Assembly (NCBI GenBank): GCA_965209035.1
Contig: OZ242372.1
Coordinates: 116,497-180,496, forward strand
DNA: 64,000 bases
Direction: 5' to 3'
Origin: Gammaproteobacteria bacterium
GTDB taxonomy: Bacteria; Pseudomonadota; Gammaproteobacteria; CBDBNL01; JAAOII01
Position numbers and translations under genes: made by a program. Shown here piece by piece: positions 19,038-27,314 of this stretch (positions are counted from its first letter, which is position 1; each line of letters opens with the position of its first letter). The notes beneath the pieces are model-generated. The model saw only the letters and a program-made list of their open reading frames with translations, was not told where the DNA came from and did no database searches.

Positions 19038-20697
19038 GGACATCCGGACGTGCCTGCTCTATGAGTTTGCCGGCATAGTCAAGCACGTCGTTTTTTAGCC
19101 TCTCGCCGCCTATCATTCTGCCAATTTCAGTTTTTCTTTCCATAGTTGAAAGTATTTTAATGGAACTCGTTGTTAAATTTTCTTTTTTGGTTTTTGTAAC
19201 CGCATAGTGCGCATCCGCATGCACCGCAATCTGCGGATGATGCGTAATACAAATGACTTGCGTGTTGCCGCCCAAGAGTGCCAGCATCTTGCCAACAACC
19301 GATGCCACACCGCTGCTGATTCCGCTGTCCACCTCGTCAAACACCAGGCACGGAATGGCGGAGTTGCGCGCCGCCACCAGGTTCACCGCCAATGCAATGC
19401 GGGACAATTCGCCGCCGGAAGCAATGCGTCGCATCGGCAACAGCAGGGATTCCGGCCCTGTGGCAAGCATAAATTCTATCACGCCGTCCCCGTTTTCGGT
19501 CAGTCTTTCCAGCCGTGAGAATTGAGTGGCAAACTTACATTCCATGTCCAGTTCGCGCAGTTTGGCTGCCACTTCTTGGTCAAAGCGGGCCGCCGCCAAT
19601 CTGCGTTTCTCGGTCAGGCTGTGCGCCAGTTCGCGGCATTTCTCCTCCGTTTCTTTTTCCATACGCGTCAAGTTGCCTATCTTTTCTTCATTGCTGTCCA
19701 GTTCTTCCAATTCTTTCTGTTTGCTTAATTTAAGAGATTCCAAGTTACCCGGCTCCGTCCGATGTTTGCGCGCCAACCGGTGAATTGCACTCATCTTGGC
19801 GTCCAGGCCCGCAAAATCAAGTGTCTCGCTGTTGGCTTTGTCCGCGTAAGATTGTAATTCCGCACGCAAGTTTTCCAACAGTTTGCGGCCACTTTCCGGT
19901 TGGCTCGCCAGTTCACTTAAAAATTTGTCGTTTGCCTGTTGCAATTTACTTTGTAATTCGTTAAGTTGTTGGGTTAAACCGGAACTGTCTTGGTTGTCCA
20001 GTATTTGCATACAGTCTTCCAGGGACTGGTTGAGAATCTCGCTATTATTGCTCAAGCGATGCTGTTCTTCCAGTTCCGTATAGTCCTTTTGCGACAAAGC
20101 GATTTCTTCCAACTCCGCCAGTTCGTGTCTGAGGAGGCTGAGCATGCGCTCGTCCGTTTGGCCTGTTTGCCGTCTTGTCGTGAGTTCGCGCCGCAATTCC
20201 AGCAGTTTTTCATACACGGCGCGGTATGCCGCAGATTCTTTGCCGGTTCCGCCGAAATCGTCAATGAACCGGATGTGCGTGTGCCGTTGCATCAGAAGTT
20301 GGTGGGCATGCTGTCCTTGCAAACTAATCAGTAAGCTTGCCACTTCTTTCATATCTTGCAAGGTAGCGGGCACTCCGTTAATAAAAGACTTTGAACCGCT
20401 GCCGCTTAAACTTCTGCGCAAAATGCATTCGTTATCCTGAAACAGGTCGCGTTTTTCCAGCCAAGCGCGAACTTGAGGTAACTTTTCCGTTTCAAAAATG
20501 GCGCTAATTTCGGCGCGAACTTTTTGGTTGCGGATCAGAGAGGGGCTGCCGCGTTCGCCGAGTGTCAAACCAAGTGCGTTCAAAATGATAGACTTGCCGG
20601 CACCCGTTTCGCCCGTAATCACATTCATTGCGGGATGAAACTCCAGTTCCAGTTTGTCAACCAGAACAAAATTACCGACCGAGAGTTGGGTTAGCAT
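19033..20697 (-). CDS. recN: DNA repair protein RecN
   Basis: 554 aa. N-terminal MLTQLSVGNFVLVDKLELEF...ITGETGAGKS, a long coiled-coil middle region, and C-terminal SGGELSRIALA...LVFDEVDSGI. Confidence 0.92.
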   Translation of the reverse strand: MLTQLSVGNFVLVDKLELEFHPAMNVITGETGAGKSIILNALGLTLGERGSPSLIRNQKVRAEISAIFETEKLPQVRAWLEKRDLFQDNECILRRSLSGSGSKSFINGVPATLQDMKEVASLLISLQGQHAHQLLMQRHTHIRFIDDFGGTGKESAAYRAVYEKLLELRRELTTRRQTGQTDERMLSLLRHELAELEEIALSQKDYTELEEQHRLSNNSEILNQSLEDCMQILDNQDSSGLTQQLNELQSKLQQANDKFLSELASQPESGRKLLENLRAELQSYADKANSETLDFAGLDAKMSAIHRLARKHRTEPGNLESLKLSKQKELEELDSNEEKIGNLTRMEKETEEKCRELAHSLTEKRRLAAARFDQEVAAKLRELDMECKFATQFSRLERLTENGDGVIEFMLATGPESLLLPMRRIASGGELSRIALAVNLVAARNSAIPCLVFDEVDSGISSGVASVVGKMLALLGGNTQVICITHHPQIAVHADAHYAVTKTKKENLTTSSIKILSTMERKTEIGRMIGGERLKNDVLDYAGKLIEQARPDVH

Positions 20698-21796
20698 TTT
20701 TGTGTTTCAGATACTCGTCTTTACTAAGGTTTCTGTGCTCCGCTTTGTTGATCTGCCCGAGTCGTTTGAACCAATCGGAGCAATTTTCTTCCGCCAAACT
20801 TGCCATCATCGCAATATGATTGGGAGTGTCGTTTAAGCAAGGAATGTAATCATAGTGTTGGCCGCCGGCTTTTATAAAGACTTCCCGATTTTCCCGGTCT
20901 ATTTCTTCAATCGTTTCCAAACAATCCGAGGAGAAGCCCGGACAAATCACCCGCAGATCTTTGATCCCTTTGGCCGGCAAGGCGGCAAGAGTTTCATCCG
21001 TGTAAGGTTGCAACCAGGGTTGTTTGCCAAAACGGGACTGAAAAGTAACCCTATAATCGCTTTCTCGCAGTTTGAGTTCTGCGGCAACCAGACGGGCGGT
21101 TTTGTGGCAGTGGCAATGATAAGGATCTCCCTGCCCGAGCGAAGCCAGAGGGATACCGTGAAACGAAAACAACAGAAGAGAGTTCTTATCTTTTGGACGG
21201 CGAGATGCCCGCACGGAATCCGCCAGAACCTTAATGAATTCCGGGTGGTCGTGATAAGAATGGATGAATCTTGTATCGGGTATCCATCGCCATCGCCGCA
21301 GTTCCTCTGTCACAGACTCAAACACAGAACCCACCGTGGCGGAAGCATATTGCGGGTAAAGAGGAAAGATCAGCAAGCGGGTAACGCCTTCTTCTTTCAA
21401 TTTAAGTAACGCCTGCGAAATAGCCGGCTTGCCGTAACTCATCCCAAGACCGACGGTGACAAACGGATAATCTTTGATGAGGGTTTGATGCAGTTTATTT
21501 TGCTGGGAGTAACTGAATAACAACAAAGGAGCGCCCTCCTTGCGCCATATTTTGCGATAGTTTGCCGCCGCAACATGCGAACGGCGCGGCAAGATAATTA
21601 AGTTTAAGAGTAGCCATTTCGGCAGTTTGGACATCTCTATGACCCGTCTGTCGCCGAGAAACTGTCGCAAGTAGCGTTTGAGTGCCCCGGGTGCCGGGCT
21701 GTCCGGGCTACCCAAAGCAACCAACAAGATACCCAGTTTTTCGGGCTGTCCGTGACGATAGTGATCCGTACGAACAAGACCTCCGGTCTCACTCAC
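20672..21796 (-). CDS. hemH: Ferrochelatase
   Basis: GILLVALGSPDSP...LRQFLGDRRVI...PLYPQYASATVGS...SFHGIP motifs. I prefer the GTG at 21796, one nt after the folK stop. The track ORF extends to 21865 and would overlap folK by 68 nt. Confidence 0.85.
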   Translation of the reverse strand: MSETGGLVRTDHYRHGQPEKLGILLVALGSPDSPAPGALKRYLRQFLGDRRVIEMSKLPKWLLLNLIILPRRSHVAAANYRKIWRKEGAPLLLFSYSQQNKLHQTLIKDYPFVTVGLGMSYGKPAISQALLKLKEEGVTRLLIFPLYPQYASATVGSVFESVTEELRRWRWIPDTRFIHSYHDHPEFIKVLADSVRASRRPKDKNSLLLFSFHGIPLASLGQGDPYHCHCHKTARLVAAELKLRESDYRVTFQSRFGKQPWLQPYTDETLAALPAKGIKDLRVICPGFSSDCLETIEEIDRENREVFIKAGGQHYDYIPCLNDTPNHIAMMASLAEENCSDWFKRLGQINKAEHRNLSKDEYLKHKNANPTLGR

Positions 21797-21797
21797 C

Positions 21798-22289
21798 TTA
21801 TTCCTCTTTTTCCTCCGTTTCGGAAAAGATGAAAAGATTCCGCAGTTCGGGCAGCAACTCAACAATCATGTATTTCAAGAAGGGGCGCATATAAACATCC
21901 TTATCCACCACAGCACCGTTCCATATCAATATATCCATATCTATGCAACGCGGCGCGTCCGAGGAGTTCGGCTCTCTGCCCAGTTGTCGTTCAATGTCTT
22001 TGAGTTGCGTGCGTAATTCCGGCCAAGAACAGGATGTTTCCAGCAGGCAAGCACAATTTACAAAGTCCGGCTGCGAATCGGGAACATCCATCGCCGGCGT
22101 TGTGTGGGATTTTGACCATTTGACAATCGAGTAGTTTGCTTCAAGCAGTTCCTTAACCTTGCCAATATGATGCTCCGGTCGGATGTTGGAGCCAATACCG
22201 ACCAGGACCCGATTGGGCCTCTTTTCTTTTGTTGTTTTAGTTTCTTTATTTGTTTGTTCCATTTTTTCAGTTTTTATTTTTCCAGACAT
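21798..22289 (-). CDS. folK: 2-amino-4-hydroxy-6-hydroxymethyldihydropteridine diphosphokinase
   Basis: VLVGIGSNI...TPAMD...QPDFVNCACLLETS...LKDIERQLGR...RCIDMDILIW. Confidence 0.85.
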   Translation of the reverse strand: MSGKIKTEKMEQTNKETKTTKEKRPNRVLVGIGSNIRPEHHIGKVKELLEANYSIVKWSKSHTTPAMDVPDSQPDFVNCACLLETSCSWPELRTQLKDIERQLGREPNSSDAPRCIDMDILIWNGAVVDKDVYMRPFLKYMIVELLPELRNLFIFSETEEKEE

Positions 22290-22660
22290 AATTCTATCGC
22301 CACCGTATCACTAAAACGCAAGGCACCGGGTTTCTCGGCACGCACCCTAACCCGCATCGCCTTGTCTTCACCGAGAACAATATCCGCAATTCCCATTGCC
22401 ATTTTTTCCAACAACCCAAAACGCCCTTGTTCCACATGCGCGATGATCCTCTTGTTAAGAATTTTGTAATTCAATGTATCTTCAATCCGATCGGTTTCGC
22501 AAGCACGCAAAGTTTCCGCGGCGCAGTCGATCCGGACAGTGATGTTCACATCCTGTTTGTTTTTCTGTTCCCAGTCATAAATGCCCACATAGGTGCGGAG
22601 ACGCAGATTCTTGATCTCAATTTGCATTGTTGGCGTTGTTGGCACCGTTTGCTTTTTCAT
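22274..22660 (-). CDS. folB: Dihydroneopterin aldolase
   Basis: IEIKNLRLRTYVGIYDWEQKNKQDVNITVRID...YKILNKRII; located upstream of folK. Confidence 0.8.
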   Translation of the reverse strand: MKKQTVPTTPTMQIEIKNLRLRTYVGIYDWEQKNKQDVNITVRIDCAAETLRACETDRIEDTLNYKILNKRIIAHVEQGRFGLLEKMAMGIADIVLGEDKAMRVRVRAEKPGALRFSDTVAIELCLEK

Positions 22661-22713
22661 ATCCTCTTATTAATGTAATGTAAATGTACTGTTTTACAAT
22701 CCGTTTATTCTCA

Positions 22714-22903
22714 TTATAAGAACTTTATTCTATCCCTTTGCAAAATTGTATGATCCCACCCAGTTCCGGACTTTTGTTGTTTTTGCAAGAACCGGATTGG
22801 GCCGGATTGGGATAGTTGTTTGAGAGCATAATGAGGACGTTCGCGATGATACCAAGCCAACCATTCGATGAGTTTGGCGTTGTGTCAATGCCGACGTGCA
22901 AAT
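22714..22903. repeat. Left copy of the 190-bp direct target duplication flanking the IS1634-like element
   Basis: By eye it is identical to 24890-25079. It contains the IS481-like end module at 22747-22882. Confidence 0.9.
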
Positions 22904-24889
22904 CTTGACTTCGGAAAGAAATTATTATATTTTTAAAAAACCTTGTATTTTCAAGGTTTTTTTAGGATCTTTAATAGTGTATAATTAAAAGCATAATATG
23001 TATATTCGCGAATTCACTCGAAAAAACGGGCAGGTTCTGTCCGTGGTTTTTTCTTTTTATCGGTCCAAGCACAAGCAGCCGAACAATATGACTCTGTATA
23101 CCAGCCAACCGGTGGAAGCCGACAGTGCGGAATATGCGGTGGTGCGGGCCGAGATGGAGCAACGCTGCCGCCGCTTGGAGAAGGAATTAAGACAAAGCAC
23201 CTCACTGAATGCGTTTTTAACAAAACATCAAAAGGTGGTGGGCTGTGGTCGTGGCCATGCTATCCGGCGCAACGACCGGGTGGATGACGATGGACCGGGG
23301 GCACTTTCGGCCTTAAGAACTTTAGGTGCGCGCAGTTACGGTCTGCCCTATGTCATGGAGAAATTATTTGCGTCCATGGGCTTGGATACGTTGGTGGCAC
23401 CGCGGCGCCAACGGCTGAATGCCTGTTTGCGGGTGCTCAGTTGGGGGCGGCTGACGGCCGAGCGGATTAGTAAACGGCAATTGTCGCAGCTGTTGGAAGA
23501 AGAATATGGGATCCACTGGTCTGAGGACAGCATGTACAAAGCGATGGATCATTTGGATGATGCCGAGATTGAGCGCATTCAGATGCGGGTGGCACGTTCC
23601 AATTTGGCATTACTTAACCAAAAGACGGTGCAGCTGTTGCTGTATGACACGACGACCTTTTATTTTGAATCGGTGCAGGCGGATGACTTCCGCTGCAGAG
23701 GTTGGTCCAAAGACGGCAAAGCCCATCGGACGCAGGTGGTCTTTGGGATGTGGATGACGCCTTGTGGCTTGCCGTTGGGCTACAAACTATTTACCGGTAA
23801 GACCGCGGATGTGTCGACCTTGTTGCCGGCTTTGGACGAGATGCAGCGGCGGCTGGGGGCCCAAAAGACGGTGGTGATTGCTGACAACGGCCTCCTCAGT
23901 GAAGACAACTTGGCGGCGATTACGGCGGCCGGGCATGCGTTTGTCATGGCCTGTTCGCCACGCAAGTTACCCAAAGAGATCCGCACGGCGGTCTACAACT
24001 ATGATTTTGAAGGCGGGGCCCGCATCTTTGAGATCGGCTTGCTACCACCCGCGCGCACCCAACTTGCCGACAACGACCGCCCTCTGGTGGCACGCAATTA
24101 TTATGCCAACTTCTCCTCCAAGCGCGCCCGCCGCGATCTCCATCAGCTGCATCTGGCCTTGAAGCGGGCCAAAAACAGTACCGGCCGCAACCACCAAGCT
24201 CTGCGGGGGATTGCCTGTCCCGATATCCGTAAGTTCTTATCCAACAACGGCATCACCACACTGAACCCCACAGCCATCAACCGGGCGATGCAAGAAATCG
24301 GTCTCTATGGCGTGCAGGCCTCGCCCAATATTGACTACCAAACCGCCTACACTTACTACAAACAACTGTATGCCATTGAACACGGCTTCCGGGATCTTAA
24401 AAGTGATCTGCAAATCCGCCCGACCTTCCATTGGAAACCCGAGCGCATCCGCGCCCATTTCGCCCTCTGCTATCTGGCGTTTGCCGCCATCCGCCGCTTG
24501 CGGTATGTCCTCCGCCAACAAAAGCCCGCACCCACCACCGTGTGGACCACCGAAATGCTGCCGTTCACCGATCTAGATGCCCGACCGCAGCCGCCGCAAA
24601 AAAACAAGACCGAGGAAATCGTCACCACCAAGAAGATCCTCAAAGAACTGCGCAACTTCAAAGCAACTATCCAACGCAATCCCGTTGGCAACTATTACAG
24701 CAGCCCACACCAACTCACCCCGGGACAGCAACGCATTTTACAAGCCGTTCAACTAAAACCCAAACAACCTGCTCTGTTGGATCACAAACACTAAGCGCAA
24801 GAAGCAAAGTCGCAAGGGCTCATAGTGTATAAAAACGGCCCGCAAACCCTTATAAAAACAGGGTTTTTTAAGAAGTTTCCGAAGTCAAG
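22904..24889 (+). mobile_element. IS1634-family (IS4-related) insertion sequence, 1986 bp
   Basis: 14-bp perfect terminal inverted repeats: CTTGACTTCGGAAA at 22904-22917 and TTTCCGAAGTCAAG at 24876-24889. Single 598-aa DDE transposase ORF. Subterminal hairpins with T-runs lie at about 22936-22965 and 24853-24870. The element is flanked by a 190-bp direct repeat. Confidence 0.85.
22998..24794 (+). CDS. IS1634-family DDE transposase
   Basis: 598 aa. The N-terminal MYIREFTRKNGQ... is typical of this family. DDE candidates are LLLYDTTTFYFE, VVIADNGLLS and YAIEHGFRDLK (E-x6-K). Confidence 0.8.
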   Translation: MYIREFTRKNGQVLSVVFSFYRSKHKQPNNMTLYTSQPVEADSAEYAVVRAEMEQRCRRLEKELRQSTSLNAFLTKHQKVVGCGRGHAIRRNDRVDDDGPGALSALRTLGARSYGLPYVMEKLFASMGLDTLVAPRRQRLNACLRVLSWGRLTAERISKRQLSQLLEEEYGIHWSEDSMYKAMDHLDDAEIERIQMRVARSNLALLNQKTVQLLLYDTTTFYFESVQADDFRCRGWSKDGKAHRTQVVFGMWMTPCGLPLGYKLFTGKTADVSTLLPALDEMQRRLGAQKTVVIADNGLLSEDNLAAITAAGHAFVMACSPRKLPKEIRTAVYNYDFEGGARIFEIGLLPPARTQLADNDRPLVARNYYANFSSKRARRDLHQLHLALKRAKNSTGRNHQALRGIACPDIRKFLSNNGITTLNPTAINRAMQEIGLYGVQASPNIDYQTAYTYYKQLYAIEHGFRDLKSDLQIRPTFHWKPERIRAHFALCYLAFAAIRRLRYVLRQQKPAPTTVWTTEMLPFTDLDARPQPPQKNKTEEIVTTKKILKELRNFKATIQRNPVGNYYSSPHQLTPGQQRILQAVQLKPKQPALLDHKH

Positions 24890-25079
24890 TTATAAGAACT
24901 TTATTCTATCCCTTTGCAAAATTGTATGATCCCACCCAGTTCCGGACTTTTGTTGTTTTTGCAAGAACCGGATTGGGCCGGATTGGGATAGTTGTTTGAG
25001 AGCATAATGAGGACGTTCGCGATGATACCAAGCCAACCATTCGATGAGTTTGGCGTTGTGTCAATGCCGACGTGCAAAT
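24890..25079. repeat. Right copy of the 190-bp direct target duplication
   Basis: By eye it is identical to 22714-22903. Confidence 0.9.
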
Positions 25080-26453
25080 AAATGCGCCTATTCAGATGCT
25101 TACCCGATCAATAAGATCTATTTTAGGATTTATATTGACAGGATGATTGCATGATCTCATAAAGGTTCTGGACTCTGAGTTTGGTATTGTGCGTCCTCAG
25201 ATCAAGCAGCCGGATGTTCTGTCGGACGGGTCGAAAATAGATCCGGCAACGGGTCTCCGGTATGTGGAGCTAGATGAATGAAACGGGCAAGAAAGATGGA
25301 TAGCTGTTTTGCTCTCACCGCCGCAGACAGCGGAGGCTTGTTGTTGATAAAACTGTCTAGGTGTATCCGCTGGCAAGACGGTACGGTGTGCGAGAGCGGC
25401 TGCACCGCGGAGGTGATTTGAAATGAGAGGAACACGTTTACACTACATTGGTTATCGCGTGCGCGGTTTCAATAAAATGGTGGTTTTAGCAAACAAATAT
25501 TCAAACATGTCTAAAACCACCAAAATCAAACTGGACACCTTAGCGTTCGCGCGCAAACATGGTGTCGCGGCCGCGTTGGATCATGCCAGGATCAGTCGTG
25601 CTACATTCTACGAGTGGCAGCGGCGTTTCCGTGAAGGCGGGGTCGATGAACTGGCGAACAACTATGGGTATCAGCCCAAGCGGTCCAACACCTGGCCACC
25701 GGCACTGATTACCAAGATCCGATCTTGGCGACAAGAGCGTCCGAACATCGGTGCCGGTAAACTGGTCTGCTTGTTACCCGAATGGTGTCAGCAGCGCGGG
25801 CTGCCGCTGCCCAGCCAATCAACGCTCTCTCGCATCATTGCCGATGACCCGGATAAGATGCGGTGCAAACCATCGCGGTCCGTGCCGAAACGCCTGCGGC
25901 AAGGTGCTCCGCGCGAGCGCAAGGACATCCGCTTTGTTGCGGGCCGGAGAGGTGAATGTGTTGCCTTTGATACGCTCGTCCGCATCGTCGATGGCCGGCG
26001 CTTTTATTGGCATGTCGGCATTGATCTATTTTCCCGCTTCTCACTGGTCAGTGTCGACACCTCGGCTGCTTCGGCCAGTTCCGCCCAGCTCTTTACCGCC
26101 ATGCAAAACATACTCGGCACTCGGATCGAAAAAGTCCTCACCGATAATGGCAGTGAGTTCGCCAAAGACTTTCACCGGGTCGTGACCGCAAACGGCAGCA
26201 CCCACTGGTATACCTATCCAAGGAAACCGCAAATGAATGCACACTGCGAACGGTTTAATCGCACTCTCTGGGAAGAGTTCGGTTGTCATATGCGGCATCT
26301 CTTGGTTAAGGATATGCCAGCATTCAACGCCAAACTCATCGAGTGGTTGGCTTGGTATAATCTGGAACGTCCCCATTATGCTCTCAAACAACTCTCGCCA
26401 ATCCAGTTTTTGCAAAAACAAAAAAAGTCCAGAAATGGGTGGGATCATACAAT
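24921..26453 (+). mobile_element. IS481-family element with ~135-bp imperfect terminal inverted copies
   Basis: The left end ATTGTATGATCCCACCCAGTTCCGG... (24921-25058) is the reverse complement, with scattered mismatches and a 12-bp duplication, of the right end ...CCAGAAATGGGTGGGATCATACAAT (about 26320-26453). The right end contains the 3' end of the transposase gene. Confidence 0.6.
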
Positions 26454-26487
26454 GATTAACAAAAGATTCTCAATTCCCGTAAGATAG
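25423..26487 (+). CDS. IS481-family transposase (HTH plus rve integrase core)
   Basis: ISRATFYEWQRRFREGGVDEL (HTH); DTLVRIVDGRRFYWHVGIDLFSR...LTDNGSEF...PRKPQMNAHCERFNRTLWEEF (DDE/rve). More likely starts are the ATGs at 25477 or 25507 (MSKTTKIKLD...). The last ~11 codons read past the element end. Confidence 0.8.
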   Translation: MRGTRLHYIGYRVRGFNKMVVLANKYSNMSKTTKIKLDTLAFARKHGVAAALDHARISRATFYEWQRRFREGGVDELANNYGYQPKRSNTWPPALITKIRSWRQERPNIGAGKLVCLLPEWCQQRGLPLPSQSTLSRIIADDPDKMRCKPSRSVPKRLRQGAPRERKDIRFVAGRRGECVAFDTLVRIVDGRRFYWHVGIDLFSRFSLVSVDTSAASASSAQLFTAMQNILGTRIEKVLTDNGSEFAKDFHRVVTANGSTHWYTYPRKPQMNAHCERFNRTLWEEFGCHMRHLLVKDMPAFNAKLIEWLAWYNLERPHYALKQLSPIQFLQKQKKSRNGWDHTMINKRFSIPVR

Positions 26488-26510
26488 AATTCCTTGATAA
26501 CTTTTTTGAT

Positions 26511-27314
26511 ATGATTATGACTCTGTTACTCTTTATTCCGGTGGGGATCTGTATGGGATTAACCGCCGGCTTGTTTGGAATAGGCGGCGGGATGTTCGCC
26601 GTTCCTTTTATGGTCATTATCTTTGAGAATTCCGGCTACTCGGGAACGCCTATTCCTCAGATGGCGGTTGTTACCGCCATGGCAATTACCTCTTGCACCA
26701 CTTTAATTTCCGCGCAAACCCATCGCAAATTACATTGGGAAGTCATGCTGCGCAACATCAAGAAAATTGTCGCCGGCTTGATGTTGGGCAGTTTCCTCGG
26801 CACCTTAACTCTGGTTAACATATCGGGCGAACTTGTCAAGATCTTTGTCAGCCTTCTCCTGCTCTGGGTAGGGACTTCGTTTCTGTCGTCTCACGCAAAC
26901 GACAGAACTGTGTTCCTGCGGCATATCCCGTTGCCGTTTGGCGGCGTCATCATCGGCACTCTCTCCGCTCTCTTCGGTATAGCCGGCGGATTACTCACCA
27001 TCCCGCTGCTCAAAGGGCACGGCCTAAACATTAAACAGGCGGTTGCCGTGGCTTCCGGCACCGGTTTTATTGTATCCTTTACCGCGGTCCTGGCGTCGGC
27101 GGCGATTTCCGCATGGGACAACCAACCGCCTCTTCAGTATGTGCACCCGCTTGCGTTTTTTACTTTGGCGATTGCCGGCGGCATATTCTCTCACATTTCT
27201 TCGCGTTACCAAAACAAAATAGATCACGACCGGTTAAAGAGATACTTTGCAATTTTTGTCCTGTGCCTATCCGCCTATTTAATGACCGACACCGCGATTG
27301 ACCTGTTTGTATGA
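26511..27314 (+). CDS. TauE/SafE (TSUP) family anion exporter
   Basis: 267-aa polytopic protein with GLFGIGGGMFAVPFM and a second FGIAGGLLTIPLL repeat. Confidence 0.75.
   Translation: MIMTLLLFIPVGICMGLTAGLFGIGGGMFAVPFMVIIFENSGYSGTPIPQMAVVTAMAITSCTTLISAQTHRKLHWEVMLRNIKKIVAGLMLGSFLGTLTLVNISGELVKIFVSLLLLWVGTSFLSSHANDRTVFLRHIPLPFGGVIIGTLSALFGIAGGLLTIPLLKGHGLNIKQAVAVASGTGFIVSFTAVLASAAISAWDNQPPLQYVHPLAFFTLAIAGGIFSHISSRYQNKIDHDRLKRYFAIFVLCLSAYLMTDTAIDLFV

Noticed and set aside
21797-21865. N-terminal 23-aa extension of hemH (MLSCCPNCGIFSSFPKRRKKRNK)
   Set aside because: It would overlap the folK 3' end by 68 nt. A GTG at 21796, directly after the folK stop, gives a normal ferrochelatase N-terminus. 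The longer form cannot be excluded without experimental data.
25150-25420. Possible RNase P RNA (rnpB): GCTAGATGAATGA matches the conserved AGAUGAAUGA region, with AAAGGTTCTGGACTC and ACAGCGGAGGCTTG loosely resembling the GGAAAGUCCGGGCU and ACAGAA..GGCUUA boxes
   Set aside because: The universally conserved boxes are not actually present (AAAGGTTC is not GGAAAGUCC, and ACAGCGG is not ACAGAA). The spacing, about 100 nt, is far too short for the specificity domain. The opposite strand gives an equally weak match (CGACAGAACATCCGGCTGCTTGA). I treat it as chance similarity inside an IS leader, and an Infernal scan would settle it.
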